64,000 bases of DNA. Origin: a bacterium. Its GTDB lineage: Bacteria > Patescibacteriota > Microgenomatia > UBA1400 > PJMF01. Both the position numbers and the translations under genes were made by a program. The stretch's first letter is position 1. The number at the start of each line of letters is the position of its first letter. This document shows positions 48,202-56,900 of this stretch, one piece after another. Where the stretch lies: assembly GCA_017431625.1 (NCBI GenBank), contig JAFRKQ010000010.1:17503-81502 (forward strand), given 5' to 3'. Under the pieces are notes generated by a model. It was not told the origin of the DNA. It did no database searches and saw nothing but the letters and a program-made list of their open reading frames with translations.

Positions 48202-49989
48202 ATGGGCACAGGAACCGACTATCTTGACCATCTCGCCAATGACACTCGGGCAGAGGAGGAGTACATGTACACTAGTAATCGACGTTGGCAACATGACTAT
48301 GATGATTGGGACGATTGGAATCGCTGGGACGGTGACGATGATGACTATCAAAACACCTGTCCAGATGACGCTCCGCCGCCAGTGTTTATGATCGACCCGC
48401 AAGTGTATGAATTTGGTGGCTTCAAGCCGGTTTCGACCAAAAAACCCGCTCAGCCAAGCAAAAAACAGCGCCAAGCTCAGTCTCCAGTCAACCATCAGGC
48501 CAATACCAATTACTCTTTAGATCTTGATCCTCGTCCCGTGACTGTTTCTGGGCCTGATTTCCAATCGCAGCCGGTCGCGCCAACACCAGATAGCTGGCAA
48601 GATGACCCGGACAATCAGCCGCTGATGAGTGCCTGCTCAGATTTGCTCAAAACCGACAAAAACGCCTTTATTTTTGGCTCGGCTGGCACCGGCAAATCCA
48701 CGCTCTTGCGCCACATTTTGCACGAAATGAGTGATATTTTTGCGATTGTTGTCCTCGCGCCCACTGGGGTGGCGGCCATTAATGTAGGTGGCGAAACCAT
48801 TCATCACTTTTTGCATCTCAAGCCCGCAGCCGACGAGCAAGACACCAAAAGAGCCGCTAACAAAGCCAGAATGGAGCGACCCGAGATCTACACGCGCGTG
48901 GACTGGATTATTATTGACGAGATTTCCATGGTGCGAGCAGATCTTTTTGACAGTCTCAATCTTTTTTTGCAAATCGTGCGCGGCAATCGCCAGCCTTTTG
49001 GTGGTGTCCGGCTGATTTGTTTTGGTGATCTTTTCCAACTGGCGCCCATTGTCCGTCAACAGGAGGCAGCGGCCTTCAGTGAATACTACCAGACACCTTA
49101 TTTTTATGGTAGCCATGCTTTTGATCAGCTCATGATCCAGCAACAAGACGATGTCATCTTTATCGAGTTGAGCAAAATTTATCGCCAGAGTGACCCAGAT
49201 TTTATTAATTTGCTACAAAAAATTCGCCGTCGCGAGCTTTCGGCTGGTGACCTCGAGCAGCTCAATCGCCAAGTCATCAGTCACGACCAGCTCAAAAACT
49301 TGAGTCATCAGTGCGTCACCCTGACGGCCACCAAAGCCGCCGCCAAGGTCATCAATGACCGGCATATGAACAAACTCCAAGGCCAAATCAACCGCTATCA
49401 AGGTACAATTGAGGGCAATTTTAATTACAACTCCATGCCCACTGACAAGGTCCTTGTCTTGCGCCCCGGTGCTCGGGTGATGTTGCTTAATAATGATCCG
49501 GAAGGACGTTGGGTTAATGGCACGATGGGCACAGTGGTCAGCCTCCAGGCTCAGGAAGTTAGCGTGCGCCTGGACGATGGACCGCAGGTGAGTGTCCGTG
49601 AGGTCAGCTGGGAGGAATCAACTTCCAGATATGACCGGCTCAATCACCGCATTGTCCGAGAAGTAGTCGGCAAATTTACCCAGATCCCGCTTAAACTTGC
49701 CTGGGCGATCACCATTCACAAGTCTCAGGGCCAGACTTATGATGAGGTGGCTATTGACCTGGGCGAGCGGGCCTTTGCCGAAGGACAGACCTATGTGGCG
49801 CTCTCGCGAGCCCGCACCCTCAAGGGTATACATCTGGTGCGACCAGTGACTCTCGACGATATTTATTGCTGTCAGGATGTAGTCAATTTTGAGCGCAAAT
49901 TCTCGACCACGCCCGATGGTCGACGACGCTTCAAAGGCTTAACCGGCACCAAGGTCTCCAAATCAGGTGTCCAAGAAACTATCCTCTAA
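48202..49989 (+). CDS. Pif1/RecD-like superfamily 1 DNA helicase with acidic W/D-rich N-terminal extension
   Basis: GSAGTGKST (motif I), IIIDEISMV (II), GDLFQLAP (III), YRQSD. N-terminal about 150 aa DDWDDWNRWDGDDDDY low-complexity region. Leaderless: TATAAT 48190-95 lies 6 nt before the ATG. Confidence 0.75.
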   Translation: MGTGTDYLDHLANDTRAEEEYMYTSNRRWQHDYDDWDDWNRWDGDDDDYQNTCPDDAPPPVFMIDPQVYEFGGFKPVSTKKPAQPSKKQRQAQSPVNHQANTNYSLDLDPRPVTVSGPDFQSQPVAPTPDSWQDDPDNQPLMSACSDLLKTDKNAFIFGSAGTGKSTLLRHILHEMSDIFAIVVLAPTGVAAINVGGETIHHFLHLKPAADEQDTKRAANKARMERPEIYTRVDWIIIDEISMVRADLFDSLNLFLQIVRGNRQPFGGVRLICFGDLFQLAPIVRQQEAAAFSEYYQTPYFYGSHAFDQLMIQQQDDVIFIELSKIYRQSDPDFINLLQKIRRRELSAGDLEQLNRQVISHDQLKNLSHQCVTLTATKAAAKVINDRHMNKLQGQINRYQGTIEGNFNYNSMPTDKVLVLRPGARVMLLNNDPEGRWVNGTMGTVVSLQAQEVSVRLDDGPQVSVREVSWEESTSRYDRLNHRIVREVVGKFTQIPLKLAWAITIHKSQGQTYDEVAIDLGERAFAEGQTYVALSRARTLKGIHLVRPVTLDDIYCCQDVVNFERKFSTTPDGRRRFKGLTGTKVSKSGVQETIL

Positions 49990-49992
49990 TAA

Positions 49993-50031
49993 TTTGCTAC
50001 TTGACAAAAGTGACATTGTATGATATAATAC
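49993..50031 (+). promoter_or_regulatory. Consensus promoter (TTGACA 50001-06, TATAAT 50024-29)
   Basis: aaTTTGCTACTTGACAAAAgtgacattgtatgaTATAATacg. The transcribed segment 50033-50135 has no ORF. Confidence 0.55.
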
Positions 50032-50107
50032 GGGTGAATGGCAAGAGTGCCGGTGAGAGTTTGTAGGGTCTAATGATCGTGAGGCTAGTTTTTTGCTGGC
50101 CAAAAAG

Positions 50108-50132
50108 ATAGGCCCCTGCTAATTAAAGCAGG
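50108..50132. terminator. Hairpin GCCCCTGC-taattaaa-GCAGGGGC; on the minus strand it is followed by CTATCTTTTT, so it terminates the phosphomannomutase gene
   Basis: Strong GC stem 30 nt downstream of the minus-strand gene's stop. It is also the likely 3' end of the plus-strand small-RNA candidate. Confidence 0.5.
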
Positions 50133-50160
50133 GGCATACCAAGCTTGAAAGCTAAATGAA

Positions 50161-51591
50161 TTAGTCAAAAGCGTGGGTATTGACGCCTTGACTCCAGTCA
50201 ATCTCCTCGTGAGACGAAAGGATTTTTTTGAGGAGTTTTTTGAGGGCCTCGTACTCTTTTTTGGTTTTGGCCTCAAACTTGATGGTAATATAAGGACCAT
50301 TTTGGGAGGCGCGGATCGTCACCATTTGCGTGGGTGTATCCAGACGAATACCATCAATGGTGTTGTAATCGGCCTTGGGGAATTCCTTCTTGAGGTCCTT
50401 GGTAATCACGTTTTTGATGAACTTAAACTTGATCTCATCAGCCAGACCCAATTTGATCTCGGGACTGGTGGTAAACTTAGGCAGACTGTCTACCGCCTCA
50501 CCCAGAGTCAAGCCCTTGCGCTCAAGATATTGGAGCAGGCGCAGTGAGGCATAGGCGGCATCATCATGACCAAAGAAATTGTCATTAAAGAAAATGTGAC
50601 CCGAAAGCTCACCACCAAAGGGAGCGTTGAGTTCCTTGATTTTGGCCTTGATAAATGAGTGGCCTGTAATCCACATCACTGGCTGACCACCGCGTTTTTC
50701 GATCGTTTGGCTGACGGCCTTGGAGCAGAGATTGTTGAAGACAATTGGCGCCCCGGTCATGGTGTCAAGGACATCATCAGCAAAAAGAGCGACAACACTA
50801 TCCATCCATAAAACTCGCCCAGCTTCATCGACCACGGCCATACGGTCACCATCAGCGTCATAAGCCAGACCCAAATCAGCCTCATGTTTGAGGACACCCT
50901 CACGCAGGCGATTGAGGACCTCGACCTCGGTGGGATCAGGTACGCCCAGAGGGAAATTGCCATCGGGCTTGCAATTTTGCTCAATGACACTGCAACCAGC
51001 CTCATGCAAAATCTCGGGATAGAACATGCCACTAGTGGTGTTACTGGCATCAATGACCACTTTCCATTTTTTGCGCAGGCTGAAGTTTTTGAGAATTGTG
51101 CGCAAATATGAATCAAAAATATTGACTTTATGATTGGCCGCGGGCGTGGTGGCCGTCACGAAATCTGCCTTGTTGCACAGCTCGCGAAAGGCAATCACCT
51201 CCTCGGATAGCATGGTCTCGGAATAGCCAGTACCGAGTTTGAGACCATTGTATTGGCGCGGATTGTGAGAGGCGGTGATCATGGCGTAGCCTTTGGTCTT
51301 GTATTCATAAGCGGCATAATAAACCATCTGTGAGAGGGCATAACCCATGTCATAGGTCTCAATGCCACCATCGTTGAGGCCCTGGATAAAGGCTTTTTTG
51401 TAATCTTTGGAGGTGATGCGATTGTCGTGACCGACCGCGCAATCAACGATCCGGTGGATCGAAAGCCAAGTGGCATAAGCCCGACCAAAAGTGTAGTAAA
51501 CATCGGGGTTGAGATCCACGTCCATCACTCCACGGATATCATAACCCCGAAAAATATTGGGATTGATATTGGTGACAATTTTGTAAGCCAT
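50161..51591 (-). CDS. manB: Phosphomannomutase/phosphoglucomutase
   Basis: TASHNPRQYNGLKL (active-site Ser loop). GGELSGHIFF. 476 aa. Minus promoter variant at about 51611-51650. Confidence 0.85.
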   Translation of the reverse strand: MAYKIVTNINPNIFRGYDIRGVMDVDLNPDVYYTFGRAYATWLSIHRIVDCAVGHDNRITSKDYKKAFIQGLNDGGIETYDMGYALSQMVYYAAYEYKTKGYAMITASHNPRQYNGLKLGTGYSETMLSEEVIAFRELCNKADFVTATTPAANHKVNIFDSYLRTILKNFSLRKKWKVVIDASNTTSGMFYPEILHEAGCSVIEQNCKPDGNFPLGVPDPTEVEVLNRLREGVLKHEADLGLAYDADGDRMAVVDEAGRVLWMDSVVALFADDVLDTMTGAPIVFNNLCSKAVSQTIEKRGGQPVMWITGHSFIKAKIKELNAPFGGELSGHIFFNDNFFGHDDAAYASLRLLQYLERKGLTLGEAVDSLPKFTTSPEIKLGLADEIKFKFIKNVITKDLKKEFPKADYNTIDGIRLDTPTQMVTIRASQNGPYITIKFEAKTKKEYEALKKLLKKILSSHEEIDWSQGVNTHAFD

Positions 51592-51659
51592 AAAGCCTTT
51601 CTGTTACCGATTCGAGACATTATATCACGGATTTTGCTATTTTGACGAGCAATTTGGCA

Positions 51660-52751
51660 CTAAGTCAGTTGGGCTAGCTCAGCATCAATAAAAGGACGGA
51701 TCTTACCGTCTAAAACTCCAGCAGTATCACTGGTCTCTACACCGGTGCGCACATCTTTGACCAATTGATAAGGGTGGAGAACATAATTGCGGATTTGGGT
51801 GCCCCAACTAGCCTGAGTGTTATCGCCCTTGAGAGCCGAGAGTTCTTGGGTCTGTTGCTGCTCCTGCATGAGCGCTAGCCTGGAGCGCAAAATTTGTAGG
51901 GCGCGTTCTTTGTTTTGGGCCTGGAAGCGCTCCTCACGACAGCGCACCACAATCCCCAGTGGTAAGTAGGTCAGCTCCACCGCGGTATTGACTTTGTTGA
52001 CATTTTGCCCGCCGGCCCCGCCACTTCTGGTAAAATGCCACGATAAATCAGCTTCATTAAGAACAATGTCTTTGCTGTCGCTCTCAATAGCGGGCATCAC
52101 CTCGACCAAGCAAAAAGAAGTTTGTCTGAGATTGTCAGCATTAAAAGGTGACAATCGCACCAAGCGGTGAGTCCCGGCTTCGTGCTTGAGCAAACCATAG
52201 ACATGGCGGCCAGAGACCTCATAGGTAACGGCTTTAATCCCGGCCTCCTCGCCACGCGACTCGTCCAAAAGCTGATATTTCCAGCCCTCGCGCTCAAAAA
52301 AACGGGTGTAAGCGCGTGCCAGCATACTCGCCCAGTCCATCGCCTCGGTGCCACCCTGGCCCGCGTGAATGCTAAAAATCGCATCGTGACGGTCATATTT
52401 ACCTGTGAGGTATTGCTCCAGCTCCAGCGACTTGACCAAAGAGCGCAAACGCGCAAAAATTTCCTCCAGAGCTTTGATATAGTCGGGATTGTCAGGTTCT
52501 TCTGTCTGTAAAAATTGCGCTGTCTCCAGCTCGTCTAGCAAATCTACCAACCTCTGGCCAGTCTGCTCGCGCTCTCGCCACTCACCCAAGGCTTTCATGA
52601 TCTGTTTGGCATCTGGACGCGTCCAAAAATCGGGCAGGAGCGTTTGTTGCTCCAGCTGCTGGATCTTTTGGCCAGTCTCCTGACGGTCCAGGCGCACCAA
52701 AAGCGCTCGGGCCTTGTCCTGATAAAGCGAGATTTCCCTGGGCTCTAACAT
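51660..52751 (-). CDS. prfB: Peptide chain release factor 2
   Basis: GGQ motif (GGAGGQNVNKV) and SPF motif (RLSPFNAD). Encoded in a single frame with no programmed frameshift site. Confidence 0.85.
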   Translation of the reverse strand: MLEPREISLYQDKARALLVRLDRQETGQKIQQLEQQTLLPDFWTRPDAKQIMKALGEWREREQTGQRLVDLLDELETAQFLQTEEPDNPDYIKALEEIFARLRSLVKSLELEQYLTGKYDRHDAIFSIHAGQGGTEAMDWASMLARAYTRFFEREGWKYQLLDESRGEEAGIKAVTYEVSGRHVYGLLKHEAGTHRLVRLSPFNADNLRQTSFCLVEVMPAIESDSKDIVLNEADLSWHFTRSGGAGGQNVNKVNTAVELTYLPLGIVVRCREERFQAQNKERALQILRSRLALMQEQQQTQELSALKGDNTQASWGTQIRNYVLHPYQLVKDVRTGVETSDTAGVLDGKIRPFIDAELAQLT

Positions 52752-52754
52752 AAA

Positions 52755-53348
52755 TTACATGAATTGACCGCGTTCCACAAAGGCTTCTTCATCGCCAATA
52801 ATCATCAGCCGTTTGCCATACATCACTTCCATGATGAAAGGATCACGCCGTTGCTTGCGAAATTTGAACTCATTGGCATCAAAAATGGCAAAATTAATCT
52901 CACGGCCCATTTTTTTCTCTTCTTCTTTGATCAAAGCCTCAAGCTCAGGGATGACTACCTCACCAATCACCAAAATATCCAAGTCATCGGATTTGGGATG
53001 ACGATTGAAAAAAGCCGGCGTAAAAACGACGTAGTCAAGCTTGCCAAGTTTGCGACGCAGACGGCGAATTTTTTTGCCCAGACCATTCTCCTTAAAGACT
53101 ATCTGCTGGAGCTCAGCAAAAAAGGGATAGGCTTTATTGACGCGGTAATAAGTGCGATTGCCCCGATCTTCAGTGACCAGAACGCCATTTTTGGTGAGAT
53201 TCATCAACTCACGCCTGACCGCATTAATTTCCTCATCAATCAAGCGAGTCGCCTCGCGCACATAATAAACCTCACCGGGATTGAGGAAAAAAAGTCCCAA
53301 GACCTTCACTCGCACTCGACTGGTTATCAAATCTTGTAATTTCGCCAT
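52755..53348 (-). CDS. Winged-HTH transcriptional regulator with C-terminal nucleotidyltransferase-like (D-x-D) region
   Basis: N-terminal wHTH (EVYYVREATRLIDEEINAVRRELMNLTKNGVLV). C-terminal DLDILVIG resembles a minimal-NTase motif. Minus -10 TGTGGTATAAT at 53396-53406. Confidence 0.5.
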   Translation of the reverse strand: MAKLQDLITSRVRVKVLGLFFLNPGEVYYVREATRLIDEEINAVRRELMNLTKNGVLVTEDRGNRTYYRVNKAYPFFAELQQIVFKENGLGKKIRRLRRKLGKLDYVVFTPAFFNRHPKSDDLDILVIGEVVIPELEALIKEEEKKMGREINFAIFDANEFKFRKQRRDPFIMEVMYGKRLMIIGDEEAFVERGQFM

Positions 53349-53460
53349 ATTTTCATCTTTCGATTACATTTTGTCCTTTACACAAATCTTTCCTATTATA
53401 CCACAATTTGTGAAAAGTTATGTATTAACTCGCATTGAGTTTTGTCAAACAAAAAAATAT

Positions 53461-53620
53461 TTTAACACTGCGGCGCTTCGTGCATATCTCCGCAGTGGAG
53501 TGCGGAGCTCCGCGCGGAGCTGTGCAATACAGTGCGTCGCTTGGTGCTAAGCGGCGAAGTAGAGTGCGGAGCTGTGCGCGCAGCAGTGCAGTAAAGTGCA
53601 CAGCGGTGCAAGGCAGATAA
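53461..53620. repeat. GC-rich palindrome-dense repeat block L (contains the perfect palindrome GCGGAGCTCCGC at 53502-53513 and internal direct repeats AGTGCGGAGCT..GTGC)
   Basis: About 65% GC in an AT-rich intergenic region. Inverted repeats CACTGCGG/CCGCAGTG. Related to block R at 59086-59185 (both carry TGCATATCT...TGCGGAGCTCCGC). No coding potential. Confidence 0.5.
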
Positions 53621-53650
53621 CAATAAATTTATTACAAGAAAAAAATTGCC

Positions 53651-53690
53651 TCTTGCATTTTATTTTTTGCGTGCTATAATTAAGAGTGAT
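53651..53690 (+). promoter_or_regulatory. Promoter for the giant gene (ATTGCCTCTTGCAT-17-TGCTATAAT) with an about 250-nt leader
   Basis: aaATTGCCTCTTGCATtttattttttgcgTGCTATAATtaag shares the ATTGCCTCTTG upstream half with the consensus promoters. Confidence 0.5.
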
Positions 53691-53944
53691 CATAGTACAA
53701 GGTAAATCAAAGAAAGGATAATTCAAAAACTAAATTACAGCTCCATACCCTAAGCGTAATTTAGACCGCAAGTAAATTTAGCTCGGACACACAAAAAGAC
53801 ACATGACACAGTCACAGGGGAGTGCCTGAGCGGAAATTTTGATGATTTCCATGAGGTTTACTTTGTCTATGATCAGTGACAGTCGTGTGTCTTTTTGTGT
53901 GAGCAAAAGGTCACAAACAGAAAAAAACAAAGAAAGGAAACCTG

Positions 53945-56900
53945 ATGTCCAGGTGGTGGTTTTGGCATATCATTGTTTGCAAGAAGGCGTGTTGGCTAAT
54001 AGTAAATATCTTACTGTTAGGTTTGTTTTATACACACCGAATTCAAGCAACATCAATGCCCAACAATTGTCCTCCGGTAGTACAATATGGCAATCCGAGG
54101 CTTAAAAGCGGTAATGGAAGATTTATTAATAATAGTTATGCTTATAGAACTATTTGGCCACCAACAGGTTTTGAAAATTGCCAACGATATCGTTTGCCTG
54201 AAGAATTTTTTTGTCCCACTTCTCAAGGATGGTCGACAACCAAACCGACAAATTGTCCTGGTGGAAATATCATGATGATGCGTGTTGGTGGCGTTGGTAC
54301 ACCATATTTACTTTCTTCATCAACCTCAAATTCTACAATTGATGACGCACACGTAATTGTTGAAAATTTTAGACGTACTGAAAATGCAAACGAATTCGAA
54401 TCTTATTATGGAAATAACGTCTTTATTAATTTATCTAATGCATACGTGGAAGGCATTATTCCTTATAGTTGTTACAAATGCGGAATTTGTATATCTGGCG
54501 GCGGCACCAGCAGTTATAGAGATGGTAACAATAGAAAAGAATATGGTGCTAGCCCAGAAGCAGTTTCTAATGGCATAGGTCGTATCAACCTCGAACGATA
54601 CCTTCAACAATTAAAAGAGGAAGGAATATATGAATGTTTAGGCACCGATGTTATCCCAAATAGCAGTGGTGGAATCGCATATTTAGGCGGTCCAGGTAGT
54701 TCGATCGGCTGCCAAAATTCAGATGAATACACGTTATATTTACCGCAGTTTTATCGCAATTATAGGGTCAAACTCAATGGTATCTATTCAAAATACAGTT
54801 ACAGTACTGAAAGGGTAACTGAGGGTTACATTTTCCCTGGAGACAATAGTGCTTGGGAGCAGTCATTTGGCAATTATATTGCAGCTGGTTATTGCGTTCA
54901 CAAATGTTATTTGGCTGGCTATTTCAAGCCAAATACTCAATGTGCAGGTGCGCAATCAGTAAAAATCTGGTATGGCGGCAGCGGAATAATGAATAGACCG
55001 TCTGACAATCCCACTGATAATCTCCAGCAAATTACCTGTACCTACTGTCCGCCCTGTACCGAAGCAACCACTTGTACTCAAGCCTCAAACGAAACGACAG
55101 TTTATCATGAACCTACTTATCGCTGTAGTGAGGGGACATATGCTCAAGAGGCGCAACTCAAACAATGCAATGGCGATACACTCCAATGCAGAACTTGCGA
55201 GTGCGAAACATGTGAGCACCAAAATCTCACCGAAAAAACCTGCAGTGGTGACCGGCTGACACTCGACAAAACCATCAAAAGTTGTGACCAAAATCTGACT
55301 TGCCCCAAAAGTGTCTGTACTCGCAACTGCGAAGAACAAGGACAAGCAGATAGTCGCACTTACTACAGTCTCGCCACTAAGACTTGTGCCAACAACACCG
55401 CTGGCAACACCGAACCCAATATCATCACCGTCTATGACAGCCTCAACAAAGTATATTTGCGTGACGATAACGGCAATTCAATGTGCTTTGCTGGTTGTTC
55501 TGATCCGTGTCAAAGTACCGCACGCGGCGGACAGTCTTCGTGGAGTTTTTTTGCTGGACGCTACGCCAATGATAATTGTGGTCTGAGCTACACACCAACT
55601 CTGCGCGCAATCACCAATTACTATGGCGCCGAAGTCACCTGCCAAACCGATAGTTGCCAAGACCAATGCACGGCGCGGGGATTTACGCCCACAGACCGTA
55701 TTTCTTGTCCGGCAAATCAAGTGCCTAATTTAGTCAATCTATCTGTACCAATCAATGGTAAAACCATTATTTGCGCCAATGGTTGTCGTGACAATAATCC
55801 TGATGCTGGTTGGTGTACGAGTGTGGGCACCCCCACTTATGGCAACCAATGGCAGATCAAAACTAGAAAGACAGTACTCGTGAGCGACTATTATCAATAC
55901 CAAGCTGGTTACCCTTATCCTCATGGTAAAACTGGCCCTAGTACCACTATCAATAGTCATACTTATCAAGTGCTTTACGCGCCGCGCGGAGAAAAGAAAA
56001 ACGGCATCGCATATACCAATGGCGATTGTTTTTATGGCGGTTGCCGCGCTCAAGGGCGCACTTGTACGGCCCAGACTTGTGATACCAGCAACAATGTCAT
56101 TCGCTACGGCACTGGCGGCACCACATCCTGTCAACCAACAACGGCTTACAAAACTGACTGGTGTCAAAATGGTTGTGCTGCTATTCCCACTTTCACCACT
56201 CGCAGTGTCACCCAAACCCTTGATGACGCCAGCGTCACTTGTACCATGATCAATGGCTGTGGCCCACAGTATTTAGCCAGCACAGCTCCAAGTTGTACTT
56301 CACATTTGTGCGCCGGCTGGACTTGTAAAGAATATAACAAAAAAGATGGTACCACTTGCGAAGAAAGATATACCGACGACGAACATTGTGAAACTCGCAA
56401 TGAAGAAACCAAAGTGTGTACCTCATACCAATGTAAAAAATGGCAACAGGTGGACGACACTAGTAGCTGCAAAACATGGTACGATGCTAACAACGGTGGT
56501 GGCACCTATTATGAAAACAATACTCTCTGCACCACGGCTGGTCGATGTCAGTCAGCCACTTGTGTTGTGACCGCGTGCACCACACCGTGTCCAATGGTGA
56601 GTCAAACTATCGATAATGATCAAGGTTTTGGCACTTACAAGTTTTTGCGTCCCACCAAATATCCCAGCGGCACCACTTATTCGGTAAGCGGTGCAGGTAG
56701 TGATATGTGTGGCACCACTGACTACACCAGCACTCGCGCTTGTCGAGAGCCAAGCTGTACCCACGGCGAAGTTAATGCCAATACCGGCAAACGTCTGACT
56801 TACACTCTTAATACCGATATCGCTTATGACAGTGGCACGTCGACAGCGGCCAATTATTCTGATTATGTCAAATGCTCTCACCAATCAGGTCGTATCGGCA

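Noticed and set aside
51660-52751. Expected +1 programmed frameshift in prfB
   Set aside because: The RF2 gene is encoded in one continuous frame with no internal in-frame stop near the N-terminus, so no frameshift site exists here.
53435-53620. ORFs 53281-53550 and 53435-53620 spanning block L
   Set aside because: Low-complexity Ala/Arg/Ser/Cys translation of a GC-rich palindromic repeat. No RBS, and the same repeat recurs as noncoding block R.
53787-53903. Invertible promoter (phase-variation switch) interpretation of the leader inverted repeat
   Set aside because: The arms flank only 62 bp with no embedded promoter, and no adjacent invertase is present. An RNA secondary structure is more parsimonious.
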